A DNA stretch of 62,637 bases, filler included, from Sphacelaria rigidula (taxonomy: Eukaryota), in assembly GCA_964200075.2 (NCBI GenBank). It is 4 parts of 4 records of this genome, joined end to end, with 100 filler letters (N's around TTAATTAATTAA, not from the genome) between each part and the next. Parts side by side here need not be neighbours in the genome. Positions count along the whole stretch, not along the records: positions 47,055 to 62,637 come from CAXNAA020001689.1; 3 more parts are not named here. The stretch is one strand, 5' to 3'. Positions 50,018 through 62,637 of the stretch are shown piece by piece (within the stretch, counting starts at the first letter, position 1; each line of letters opens with the position of its first letter). The notes beneath the pieces are model-generated. The model had not been told where the DNA came from. It did not search any database and saw nothing but the letters and a program-made list of their open reading frames with translations. The position numbers and the translations under genes are program-made.

Positions 50018-51037
50018 GTGAGACGAACCTGAAGCAGTGGTACCTGTGTTTTGACAATTTCTCGTGTCGAATATTAGCAGGACTTACAGCTAGGTACATG
50101 TGGGCAGGTACTTATCGTCGATGATGTCTTGTTGGTACAACAACGTAGACTGTTCCCAGTAGCTCTTAGATAATCATGGAGTGCATTGCTGTCGGTACAT
50201 CAGGTTAACGTTACTTCTTACCACAGCGACTAATGCTAGATGAATTGTTATCGGTGATATCTTCTTTGCGTTGCGACAAGTACGTGACGGGAAAACGCAC
50301 AGTAATCTGCAGGTAGGCCGGCATTCAGAACGATAGGGGGACAACACTGGCGTATGTTCATATATGCCCGATCATGAGCATTTGGGTGCCATGGAAAGTT
50401 ATAACATGTGGTTGTGCTTGAACGTATCATAGGCGACACTACTACTCCTGAGGCAGTCTGCGCACTAGCTCTCCAAGGACCATATTGACGGTTTTAAGTT
50501 TTGAAGTCCTGAGAACGGCCTATCTCGTACGCGCACGGACTCGCGATTGACACTCGTGTCAGTACGTATTCGCCTTCACAACACCATCTGTTCGCGCGAA
50601 GGTTCCGCAGGAGTCGAAACATGTTCGACGTCATGAGCGCTTGATAATTAGCTTTTGTCCTCCCACGATCTCTAACCTTTCCCCACAATATCTATCCATG
50701 AATAATGAGCGCGTATAGATAAGCTCCGTGTGATGTCCCTGCTGCTACGACATATCCACACCGACCGATGCATCACTGCTGTACCATGATAAAGCTCCGT
50801 ACGTATCGACGAGGCCAAACGCAAAACTTGTCATGTCTTCTTCCAAAATGTTCCGCTCGGTTCGACTGTCGTTTCAGATTAAACGCTGGACAAGCTTCGG
50901 CTTGCATTTTGCTAGTTATGCCATGAATGTCGTCTTGATGATAAACACTTCAGTAGTTGTCCGTGTACGATAATTTTCCATGCGGTGTGTGTGCCCCAAT
51001 CGACTCCGTGCGCCTGCTATACTCGTTACACGTACAG

Positions 51038-51258
51038 ACCTCCTGATGATCTTCTGGCCCATATTTTTTGTAGCGACCACGCGGCCAGAGCCATCTCTCA
51101 AGCCCCGAAATTTCAAGAAGTCCGTCACTAAAGTGGCGGAGAGCGCGATGAACGCAACTCGCAGACGGCCGCCAATTTCAGCGACAACCCTATCTGAGAC
51201 AGACGAGGAGCGGCCCAGCTGGGACGACCCAGCCCCTTCCTTTCGCCGTTCTAAGCAG
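51038..51258 (+). CDS. Putative DEG/ENaC-like membrane protein, exon with the TM2 end and cytoplasmic tail
   Basis: gtacag|AC CTC, phase 1 match. DLLMIFWPIFFVA followed by a basic tail. It may splice at CAG|gtaccg or read through to the stop at 51345. Confidence 0.78.
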
Positions 51259-51867
51259 GTACCGACTCAAGTTCAGTTGTCTGTGGGTCGTCGTTGTGTC
51301 GCGCAAAAATTAGAGATACATGTTGCTGTGAAGGAGGTCAATTGAGACACCTGTAGCTACTTTGAAACGATACGATTGGGGTGTGTACGGTACCAGACTG
51401 GGCGGAGGAAGTCATGAACGGAATGCTCGTCTAGACCAAGATCACATATTGGGCGTGCGTATGTGTATATTCTCCCTACACAAGCACGTCACGCATACTG
51501 AACGCCATGTGGCGATCGCAATGCACGAAGTAAGTACGAGCTGGGCCAGCCAAAGTGGGGCGGTTTTCTCGCTCAGGCGACGCACGGCGTGATATCAGGA
51601 GTTCGACTCTGTGGCTATGACAGAAGCGTTTTATGACCAAAACAAACAACATCCCGTGGGCAGCGAAGAAAAGAAGAATTAAAAGAGAGGAAGTTATGGG
51701 GATTGGAAATTTCAGCACAAACAAGATAATGTCATGAGTCCAGGAAAAAAATGAGAATCTGCAGCTGCTCACGGGATGTATCTTTTGCTTGGGTGCAGAA
51801 GGTCTCCGTGAAATTTCAGCTCGAGAGTCGTCGAATTGGGCCGTGCGTGCAACGTTTCCGGTGACGC

Positions 51868-51945
51868 TGTTGCACCCTTATAACTCAAGTGATGCGAGAC
51901 TCCGAGATCATGAGTTCGAATCCCGACAGATTGTCGTTTTTTTCC
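51868..51945 (+). repeat. tRNA-like SINE head fragment
   Basis: Box B gagttcgaatccc followed by a T-run; no complete cloverleaf. Confidence 0.45.
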
Positions 51946-52004
51946 GTCCGTCGTCAGGGTCACGTATGATGCAGAACTTATTTTTCATATTTTTCTTCAT
52001 TTAG

Positions 52005-55000
52005 CGGCGGTGCCGTGTGTTACCAGGTTTGTCTGCACTACACAGTGATATGCTTCCATCGGGTTCGTTCGGGAAACTGGCAAAGCTGTGGTGTGAGCAA
52101 CGTTTAGCCGTCTTTAAGCTGGCCCAGCTCGTACTATGTTGCTTTGGGGAGTCAGTGACGCCGATCAAGGCCTAACGCACTCGATGGCAACGATCAACCC
52201 ACACTTTTGATGTTTGTAGTCTGTCGTTTTTTGCTATGACAATTCAAACACGTCACACCCGCCTCGGCCGCCGATTGTCCGCATGCATCCACTGACCACG
52301 TGATGTTGTTTAGGGCCATGGCGACGTGCTGATTCGGTTATTTGACGACCACGGGTTTGTCGCCGTCATCAACGGCGCTTGCGTGAAGAAATTCCTTACG
52401 TCGACGTTCAGCGCAAAGTGTCTCAAAGTAGGGGCCCTGGAACCTTGTCTACAGAAGCTACTCCCTCCGTACACATATGTGATCGTCGTCTCACGGGGGA
52501 GGACGACAAAGTCGATTGCCAAGGCGGTTGCTGCGCGGTGTAAGGCCGGCGGCGATGAGGTTGACTCCTTCGAGAAGAAGCCAATAGCGGTCAAGGTGCG
52601 GCATATATTGCCTTGGTGTTCGTGAATACCGTATTTGTGTGTGTGGAATGCCTCCTCGTTACTTTTGCTCTGGTGTAAATGTTTTGTCTCCCGTCGAAAC
52701 AGTTCAAGATTGTTCCCACGTACGACCAATACCGAGGTGTACTTGGCCCTTTTGAGACTGGAGATCTCCGGGCTGGCGATTTCGGACTGAAGATTTGCAT
52801 CCAAGTATGGTTCGTTCGTTCCTAGTCTTGATCCCACACTTTCGCCTGACTGCGGGATTGTCAGACCTGCAGAAGTGAAAGGTTCAGGAATGGTGCGTAT
52901 GATTGATCACACCGCAGTTTCTCTTACGTGCATGCAATTTCAACGTGCGTCAACATAGAAAACTACGAGCACAAAGTTGTCAGCTGTACACCATCACTCG
53001 ATACACTTCCCGAAGGGTATACCAACCAACACCCAACAAGAGCGCGTTACGCACCCTGTAAAGTAGCAGTGCAGGTTTGCTGCCTTGTGGTATCCTGGTA
53101 ATGTGCCGCGGGCATGAGGTGGCAAGGTACAAATTGCCTCATGAGTGGCTTGTTTTTGCCGTGTGATTCGAAGCCTTGCATCATTGTGCAACCTCCATCA
53201 AGGATTTTTGTCTTTTGTGGTTGTTGTTGCTGCTGTTGCCTTGATATTTAAAAGCGTCCCCGTCTCTTCGACGGTCGCCCGATGATGCAAAACTGTGATA
53301 TCATCGATGGCTCCTCTATTACGGTCTTGAATTAATGAAACATCCATCATGAAACTGGATGTATTTATTGTGGATGTGGATGTTCATCATTGACATCCGT
53401 GTGGGGTATAGACTACACCACCACCGGCATGTGCGTACCTTGGGAACATTTGGCTTCCCACTACTGTGTTCGCCGTCAAAGGCAAGGATCGCTTTCACCC
53501 AGCGCGTGCGAAACCCCACGTGACGTGCAGCACGAGAAGCAGTTTCCATTGATGAACAAGTTCGGTCGACACCGAAATTGGCTGTTGAGTTGGCGGATGT
53601 TACCGCTGCTTTGGCGGAGAAAAGGGTGCGGTGCAGCTTTTCACTACTCATATTTCTACGTGTACCAAAAAGATGAAACATGTACGGCAGAACGTGCATG
53701 GGGCGCGTTACAAGTTCAGAAACCGTGCTCCCGGAAGTGGTCATCGTTACAGTCCTTCATGGGTGAAATACAACAGTGTGGCCCGTTCTGTCTTTTTACA
53801 TGTTCGTTTAAATTGCGCATGGCATGACATACGACGTGGCCCTGAGGATCAAACACAAGCGCGAAGTGCTAGAGTGGGCCATTGAAAATGCTGTACCTCG
53901 AGAATTCGCAGTAGGAGACTGTTTGCTGATACTGATGATATTACGACATGAATACAGTTGATAACACGTTTCCCGGAGCATGCTATAATTGGATGAAACT
54001 GGCTCACAACACCGAGTTATCATTGTTCGTGTCCACAGTACGTATGCTTGTGGACTTTCCTCGCCCTTCCTGCGTTTACGTAGTTGCACTCAGTCCTTTC
54101 TTTTTGAATACTTTTTACTTTCGGAGTATTGAAATTTCGAGGTGTGTGTTACTCGTGGATAGCCAAGAAGCGTTTCAAGAGGGTTGGCAATCGTGCGTGA
54201 GAAGGCAGGTATATTTTGAGCACATTCTCGGACTCTACTCGCTCCAAAGCTACCGGCTTCGGACAACGATGATACCAGGGATCGTTATTTATGTGCCTAA
54301 CCAGTGCACCTACTAACGCATCGCGCCTTTCGATTATATGCAACCAGGCGAAGAGACCACGACTCTCAATCCTGCAGTCGCAGACGTTGAGCGCTGCGAG
54401 CTACGTTACCGGTATCGCGGATATCATGGGCGAATCGGACGTGGATTTGGGGGAGGTAAGACGACCGTTTGTTGTGGGTTGCGTTCATATTCGCGCAGCT
54501 ACTCAGCGAATACATCCTGCCTGAAGTAGTCTACACATGATATCGTATGTTGACGTTCTCACATATGTTCATCGTGCGGGAGAAATTCGCCGTAGCCTCT
54601 CGTGAGTCCGACAAATGTGGGGACAAGTACAAGTGTTGCGGAATTTGACAAGCTTGGTTTCAGTGAAGCACGCCCGAGGCAGTACGATCGAGGGTCATGT
54701 ACACACAGGTTGGGACATGCACGCGTTTCCATTGTAATTCCGCGGCGCCTTTCTGCCTGTTCAGGAAATCGTCTCCCTTCCCTCGTGGATATCTGTGTGG
54801 GTCCTGCACCCTTCTGTACTGAGTGTGTAGTTTTCTGCCATGCAATTCTACTGCGGAACGAACATCTGTGATCGATATCAGATCATGGGTCAGCGTTGCT
54901 GAAACACCTCACCACCACTGAACCGTATAACATACGTTTTTCGGAAGCTGTCAGTGGGCTTCTAGCGCTCAGTTCAACAGATCGCCCTCGTATTTGTTCC

Positions 55001-56600
55001 TCTGTCCCACTTTCCGCATGCCCTACGTGCTCGTGCTTGTTATCCGTGTAAAGGCGAAACAGGTGGAGTTCCATTGCCCAACAATACCACGCAACGATAC
55101 TGAGGTGCGGAGTACAGCACTGTACGATAATAGCTGGATTGACCGATGCGCACTTGACTGAAACACCTTCATTTCCCCGGCGTCAAACTTCTCCTGTGCA
55201 TCATCCTATTTGATGTGCCATATGTGATGCTAAGCAAGCTGCTAAGTGGCCGCTGCTCACCTTCGCAAGCAGAAATATGGGCGTGGATACACACGCGAAT
55301 AGATGGTGTTGTTGCGAGTGTTTCTTGTTCTATTTCAACCGTGGTTGGGCGAAGCTGTGGGGACGAACGCAAAGGTTGGAACGTTTTTCCGGCGTCAACG
55401 TTGTGTAAAGTCGATCGAGTTTCGTCGACTACAGTGTGCGGCGTGAAAACATTATCAGCACGGGAAGCACTTGGTTTCTGGCGACGACCGTAGACAACTT
55501 GCCCTGGGCGCGTATTGTTCCCTCTCATGCTTCTCCCTATCGTCACCTGATGTATGCCTGTTGTATGCGCTTGACGGCTTCTCTTCCCGCAGCCAATGGA
55601 TGGCCGCATGCTGGTCCCAAGCAGGTCGCAACCGTCTCTTTCAGACATGCCAATCAGGCGTTCCCCGGTCGGCCCGGCTGCTTCACCAGACAGAGACGAA
55701 CATTTTTTAGAGTGTGACCAAAGCCCTGTGTAGTGGGACCATGCAATTTGGTTTTCTGTCTCTGAGTCATCCCCCGTGTTTGATTCGGTCGGCGGTTATG
55801 GGATTTTTTATTTCTCGGTGCTTCAAGAATTGAGGTGCCACTGTTGTGTTGTTCACAACTTTCCTTGCTCGCCCAGCTACGCGCGTGAGCTGTCGGTCCT
55901 CAGCCGGCGTGAGGCAGCGGAAAACGTCTATGTGAAGCATTCGAGGAACGTCAATCATTTGAGCTAGCTTGTGGATTCGTCGGTTCATGCCCATAGATGG
56001 GGCTTCCTCGCAGAGTGCAAATCTGTCAATTGTGTGTGTGTGCACGTATGGATCACCCGTGTCTTGAGCTTGCCACCATTCAGGTCACTCCAGCGGCACA
56101 TGGTCCACACTTCCTGTGGTGATATGCCGAATACCTGTAGAAAATTTATTGGTGATGTTGGTGATGTTGGTAATGTATTTATTTTTGGGTACTCATGTGA
56201 ATGTACTTTCACAACGCCTGGTGCAGTACATAATGATCGGCCGAGAGATGTACGTGATATTTTATACAAGTGTCCACGAGGTGATGGTCGTAACCCACAC
56301 TATATGCAGCTGCCGCCAGCCGTGTGTTCGTGAACCTTTATCATATTACCGGTTTGTGTATCATTTTAACTTTCTTCAATTATTTTTGTTGGCCAGTGGG
56401 CAAACGGTTGAGATCCTCTCTGTGGTGCAAGTGTTTTATGTCACTGCCCATGAGAACGGGACGTCGAGGAAAAAGTGTTGGTGTAGGGGTTTGGTACCTT
56501 GTGTAGGGATTCAGTACCTTCACACAGGTATCATATTGGGTAGACCTGTAGTGGAACTGGATATGGGGGGAACTGTGTCGACGTGAGAATGTGGTGAATT
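52005..56600 (+). pseudogene. Unidentified, partly decayed multi-exon coding sequence (possibly an intron-containing transposon)
   Basis: A series of AG..GT-bounded coding-like blocks (approx. 52314-52595, 52703-52804, 54348-54455, 55063-55104, 56397-56582) interspersed with blocks containing stops. The 5' part is homologous to 24665-25055. Confidence 0.45.
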
Positions 56601-59049
56601 CACACGTACGTTTTGTTGTATAGATATGCGAGTGTGACAAGCGTCAATGGTGGGTCCGCGGGGCGAAGATAACTACGCACGAATCGTTCGCACCATGCTA
56701 TTTTTCACACTCCCGTGCGTCTAGTGCATGTACGCATTCGCGATACATGGTTATGTCTTGTGACACGTCCAGATGTGTACACGGACGCGATTTTTGCCAC
56801 GTTGAGTGTTTTTGTGTTAGTGTCCAGACGCTGAGTAAGGGTGAGTGGAGGGAAGAAGAATCCAAGGCAATGGGTGCACATTTATGTAAATGGTGTCCCA
56901 TTGGGCCAAGTGGAGGGGCCTGCGATTGTGTTCTGCTGCAAAGTTGCGACGATGTTCTGCTGGTTGGGCGTTTATGGTAACGTGGGTTGCGATAATCACC
57001 GTCTTTAGAGTGTTCTGAACATGATACGGTGTCGGTTCTCGCGTGTGAGACGCCAAGATAGGGGAATCAATAGCACTGAGTGTTTAGCTGTTCCCCTCAA
57101 GGCGACGGAGTGGCATCACGCTTTTTTTTTTTACGTGCTTGTTTAATTCAAGGGTGCACGAAGAAGTCCTTTTTCCAAACTTAGGTAGCCCTCTGGGGCC
57201 TTGATGGTGGGGGGTGGGGGGTAAGCCAAATCTGAGCACAGAAGTGTGTGTGTGCGTGTGTGTATGAGTGTTTTTTTACCTTTGTTTGAAAAGCCCAAGC
57301 TATCGGTTTGTTATTCCATGTGAACCACCCGAGGAGATAGATGTCGTCTTCATGTTTGGACGTGTACCCTTAGCTTGTCGGACAGTTGTATACTTTCTTG
57401 AGGACAGCGATAGCTCCTACTGCCATACGGTTACCATAAATGCCTGCCAATGATCACCCTCTGATCTGGCGGGAACTGAATCGTCCCGTCGCGCAGCCGA
57501 TTCAAATCGCGTGGTGATAGCTTTTAACCGGATGTCATATTAAGTATGAATAACTAGTTGTCCCCGTCGTCGTAAGGTCGCCAGAGTCTGGACGTTCCCC
57601 TCCACGCTGTTGGAAGTCGTAAAGCTCAATGAAGACTGTGACTAACCTTTCAGTCATCGGGGGGGGGGGGTTATGTGGCTAGGCCTCGTAGCTTCCCCGT
57701 CACAAGTTGGCCCACAAGTTGGCCGTGACCAGTCAACTGGATTACCCGTGAGTTGAGTAGCTGATACACGATCAAGACATTCCCTTGGCAAGTGAGTGAC
57801 ATATGTGGTGAGGCGAGTTAGGCCCCATGCTTTTCATTGTAAGCACTGAAACGCACAAACGTGCGAAAACTGGGTCAACATGGTCGATCTATGACATCAT
57901 TGCTAGCGATTTTGAGGCGAGGGGCTTGCTTGGCATCGTTGGGAGTTTGAACAAGGAATGATCGAGGCTGTAAAATGTGAGAAACTGTATGGTAATACTG
58001 ATACGCAAGGGTTATCTACTAACACGGTTAGCGATCGAGCCGTCAACACTGTCCGTTTTCCCACCCATATCACTACCCTTGCCACCCCTCGCTTCAACAA
58101 CCGCGCGTTCACTTCCCAGTTGTGAAACCAACTTGCGCGGTTGCGAAACCAACGTGAGGTCCTCCGGAGAGACGGCGCCTCCCGTTTGTAGGACTTGATC
58201 TATTTCTCGCGCAACGGACTTTCTTTGTCATGGGCGTATCCACGAATAGGGGGGGGGGGGCTCAGATATAGATTGTGCAGGGGAAGACTGTAGAAGACTG
58301 TGTAGATAGTGCAGTTGTACGAGCCGATGAAGAGTGTCGACGACGGGCCGCCCGTCAAACTTTGCGTGATGTCCATCTGAGTACCAGTTGTCATGCAAGA
58401 CCACAAGTCTGCACAGCAGGAGCATCACGCGGTTTTTTCATTTGTTTTGCACCAAACCCGTACCCAATCAAACTGCTGCTGTAGTTGAACCCCCTCATCC
58501 CCTAACCATGGAGGAGAGATTCACTAAGTCGGATTGCTGTCTTCGCGCGTTGGGGCTTGTGGTTGTTACTCGCACCTCGACTGCCACCGCTGAAGTGCAT
58601 GCAGCAATTTCAAAGTCGTGTCAACTATAGTAGCATGAGCCTGATGATTCTGCCTTCATCATGGATCAACACGTAGCAATTCTAGACCCGGGTGCGACCT
58701 ATTGTCCTGCTTTTTCTGTGCAAAGCGAACTTGGTCACGTCACCATAAGGCGGCTGAAACAGTCATCCCTTTCCCCCCCCGCTACAAGTCCTGTATAAAC
58801 GACTTCACTCGTCGGCCATTTTTTTATGTGCTTTACTTGTGTTCATTTTTTTTTTTTGTTACGACTTGGTCTGCCATGTCGTTCTGTTCGCCCTTTTTCT
58901 TTTCTTTTCTGTTCCTTCTTTCCTTCAGAGCGTGTTTCAGTTTCGTTTCTCTTGGGTACATCTATCATGAGACCGCGGCTGGACCCCAGGGGGGTACGGT
59001 GGAGTGCGACAATCAACCAATCAATCAAACTCGTACAAATCTAACTCCA

Positions 59050-61320
59050 AGCCGCGTACAGCAATTGATAGATATGTTGGAAAAAAATTATGGGCATGAG
59101 CATAAACGAAGAACGTCCGAGCACTTCACATGGCGAGCAACCACGTCGTGTCCTTCAGAGGCACAACAGTGGAAACAAGAGCGCAAACCTTGCCAGCCAG
59201 TGGTCAGGCTACCCGGCGGCCCTCGGTACAAGCAAATCAACTCTGGCCATCTCCTTCAACTACGGGAACCGTCGAACATCGACAAGCCCACGGAAGCCGA
59301 GGATCTCTTGCCGTTCGCTCCTACGAACGAACCAGCTGCTTCGTTCGACAGCAGCGGGCTATTCGAAGCGTTCGGGGGGGTCGACAACAACAAGGCTGGG
59401 GAGTCGGCTCTCATTGTGGAAAAAGAGCTAGTGGGAAGAGAGTCGGACTTCGGGGCAAAACCAAAAGCATGCTTACGGCGATCAGTGGGGCGCTGCTCAT
59501 CCTAGCCCGTATATTTACGATAGAGGCAGCAATAGATCATGTCTGGACGGCGTTCGGTAGGTTGTTGTATTACTGAGTAACGTTAGACAACAATTGGCGG
59601 CATTACCAACGGCGAGGATGGGTTGACTCGTGCGGCAGAACCGGCCGTAGGAGAGTAGAACAACGGTAAACAGTACCGTCAGTGTGATGTGAACAGTGGA
59701 ACGCCGGGACACTACTTCGAGGATACCATCATTCCTCCATTTTGGGACATTTCCCTCAACTGTCAAGAGCTGGCTGTACCGCGGAAGACCACAACTGCAG
59801 GGATACATATACTGGCGGGGGTCGGCCAGGGACTGCTGTGCGAGAGCATTATCCACGGCGAAGCGCTGCAACGCCTGATCCAGATCTCGTGATTGATGCT
59901 TGGGGCGAATCATGTTCTCTACGAAGCAAGTTACGCGCAACGGCGTTGTGCTCATTTTCGACGTAGATAATCCATGGCTGGAGACGAACATGCAATTTCA
60001 CGTCCCGCTCCAGGGAGCGACCTCTGCTTATTTTCGTTAGAACTCATCGACATTAGCGACGCGCCTGGACTGACAGTGCAAGCTGCAGCAACCGCAGCAC
60101 TATGAAATCGGCGGATGGGGCATCTTGACCCCAAAATCTTGAACCTGTTCACAGAAGGTGGATGGCAATGTGATAAACCTCGTCGAAACCATACCGGGCT
60201 GTGACGTATGCACCTTTGGGAACCGTCACCAACTGCTCCACCCGAAGACAGTCGATCACAAGGTCCGGTCCTATTCGCATTTCACGCGGTCATCACAGAG
60301 TTGATGGGAAATTTCGCGCTATGATGACGACGGTCCCACTTTAGCTCATCGCTGTGATGGTGATGACAATACGAGTTTAGAGCTACGGCGGGTGGGACTC
60401 TACACCCAATGCACTGCTACCGGACGTCGTGCACCAGATGTACGAAACATTTTTCCGTCGTGGAGTATACCTACACAACGGCCAGCGTCTCAAAGTGCTC
60501 GGCGGGAAAGGAAGACAAAACCATTCCGAACAAGTTCAATGAGGCCATGATTCGGCTCGCAAAGGAACACTGGAGAATGATCACGAACAAGGAAGTGTAA
60601 GACTCAAAGCGAACAACGTGAGCACTATTACGTCAGCTACCTCTGTCCCAACTGGAAAAAGAGATGGTTGGTTGTCGATCAGTCTTTAAAAAGAAACGAG
60701 ATGAGCTCCTTTAAGATTCATCGTGATGTACAAGAGATAAGCCCCCGGCGTGGACGGCGGCAGCACGTTCGCTTCCGTCTTCAGGATTCGGAGCATCTGC
60801 ATGGTGTCGGCAATAGCGACGGAGCACACTCGATAGTGCTGGCAGCTGGACTACAACACCGCCTTTTCCACACACCGAAGTTAAGGAGGAAGTGTAGGTA
60901 AAAATGGCGCCCGGATACGAGGAACTTGACGCCACCGCATTCGGATGGTGATGTCACAGAAGCCTCTACGGCATTCGCCAAGGCCCAGAGTGCTGATGGG
61001 TCATGGTCCACAAAAATTTAACGAAGATCGGTTGCAGGAAACCCGAAGTCGAACCCCTGCGTATACATCTACCCGAAAGCGACGATATTTTTATACCCCC
61101 CTTGTACATGGATGATGATTCACTGCTCCGAAAATATCTCAAAGTGCGCAAAACAATTTAGCGCAAACTCACGGGAAGTTTATCGATGACCGGTATAAAA
61201 AAAGTGTCCTTGGCGCTCCGTATGAATGGTACCTGTGACCGCGAGAAGAAGACGGTCACTATCAACCAGATGAATTATACCAAGGCTCTGCTGGAGCTAA
61301 ACAGGATGGCGAAATCATGA
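59050..61320 (+). mobile_element. Degenerate Ty1/copia LTR retrotransposon (integrase to RT region)
   Basis: IPNKFNEAM...W....KE, TFASVFRIRSICMVSAIA, KMAPGYE, SLYGIRQ-like and LYMDD (~61105) motifs in copia order; many stops and frameshifts; no LTRs seen. Confidence 0.88.
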
Positions 61321-61481
61321 CAACTGAAAACACAACGCCCTCCGGGGGGAGGGGGGAGGGGGAAGGGGGAAGGGGGGGGGGGGGGTCCGTGTCCGAACCT
61401 TCTCTCCGCGATCCCCCCTGGAGGGGGAACTGCACACCACCCGACACNNNNNNNNNNGGGTAGCCGGGATGCTCGGAGCGG

Positions 61482-61530
<49 letters not shown>

Positions 61531-62040
61531 CCGTGTCCGAAACTCTTCTCCGCGATGCCCCCTGGATGGCGAACTGCAAACCGGCATACAGCCCTGTCGT
61601 GGGACAAGAACTTCCCTCAGGGCAGCCGCAGGAAATGCTTTGCCGCCCCGTCTATATCGACAGCGCCCCAAGTCTTTACACCGCCGATAACCAGACCTGC
61701 AGCTCACCAGTCAATCACATAGCTCTACGGTATAGATTGCCCTGCGTCCAGGGCGCTTCCAATTTCAACTTATTTCGGTGTTCGTGACGTTGCCGTCTCG
61801 GACTTCGGAAGTGAAACCGGAGTGTTCTCGGCTTGGCCCCTCTACTCTAAAGTGAAAAGGTCTGCCCGTAACTTATTGTGTAATAGATTGCTCTGCTTGG
61901 CATCGCGCTTCCAATTCTCCGTCTTTCTTTTCCTTTTTTCTTGTTTTCTTTTCCTTTGTTACTATGGTGGAAACTGAACATAATGAGAAGTCATGCGCCC
62001 TTCTAATCTAGCAAGGTAGGGTGATAAACAAGTGATACCG

Positions 62041-62563
62041 ATACACTCACACATTCCGTAGCCGTCGTTCAAGTCATCGTGGGGTGCAAACGGCCTGGTA
62101 GCGCAGGAGAAACGCGCCTGCTACACACAGGGCCAAGAAATATATCTACCCGCACTGGACTGGACTTGGACATAGCTTTTGTCAAAAACGCGACGTAGGC
62201 AAGTTGGACATAAGCTATGTTGTCTGGAGGCATGGGGGCGCGTAATCATGTGCTGCTGCACAGTACCAAAAAATACAGCCAACCGACTGGAGGAAGACAT
62301 GAGCTATGTCCAAGTCGCGAGCACATCCAGGGATTGGAATACCTATCCGCGCTCGTCCCATGTGTCTTGCATCGACACCATAGCAGCTGCAATACACTCA
62401 CACACTCCGTAGCCATTGTTCAAGCCATCGTGGGGTGCAAACGGCCTGGTAGCGCAGGAGAAACGCGTCTGCTACACACAGGGCCAAATAATACATATAT
62501 CTGCACCGGACGGGACTTGGACGTAGCTTTTGTGAAAAACGCGACTCAGGCAAGTTGGACATA
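62041..62563 (+). repeat. Direct duplication of ~170 bp with a 351-bp period
   Basis: 62041-62211 versus 62392-62563 (atacactcacaca.tccgtagcc...ggcaagttggacata). Confidence 0.9.
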
Positions 62564-62637
62564 TGTCGTGGTCTGATCACGAGGTGATACTGGCTTCACT
62601 CTCGAAGGACATGCCAGGCCAGGGGTGACACGAGGTC

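Noticed and set aside
58702-59505. 267-aa ORF as a host gene
   Set aside because: A fusion of a family C repeat with decayed copia sequence.
1-62637. Functional gene cluster or integrated giant virus (phaeovirus) segment
   Set aside because: The segments are artificially joined, and there is no dense intronless ORF array or viral hallmark gene.

Overview
Eukaryotic, intron-rich and repeat-rich genomic DNA, most likely from a brown alga (Phaeophyceae-type 5S rRNA; long GT-AG introns full of SINE/MITE-like repeats). It is not one locus. Three identical 100-nt spacers (N44-TTAATTAATTAA-N44) join four contigs of 15585, 15585, 15584 and 15583 bp, i.e. a size-sorted concatenation of unplaced contigs. 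Contig 1 (1-15585) holds six internal exons of a minus-strand voltage-gated K+ channel with a cyclic-nucleotide-binding domain (TVGYGD filter, S4 with nine regularly spaced basic residues). Contig 2 (15686-31270) holds a LINE remnant, a three-exon PFA-DSP/SIW14-type phosphatase whose catalytic Arg is replaced (HCLSGKTQ), and a divergent Bmt2-type rRNA methyltransferase. Contig 3 (31371-46954) holds a decayed gag-like element with a ~340-bp-arm palindrome, two exons of a mitochondrial intermediate peptidase-like gene, a 2.35-kb TIR element and the edge of a 500-bp-period 5S rDNA repeat. Contig 4 (47055-62637) holds a multi-exon membrane protein with a DEG/ENaC-like TM2 motif (EIFGNVGGFW), an unidentified decayed multi-exon sequence also present inside the BMT2 intron, and a degenerate Ty1/copia element. 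All exon models were read by eye from splice signals and phase continuity; no database searches were run.
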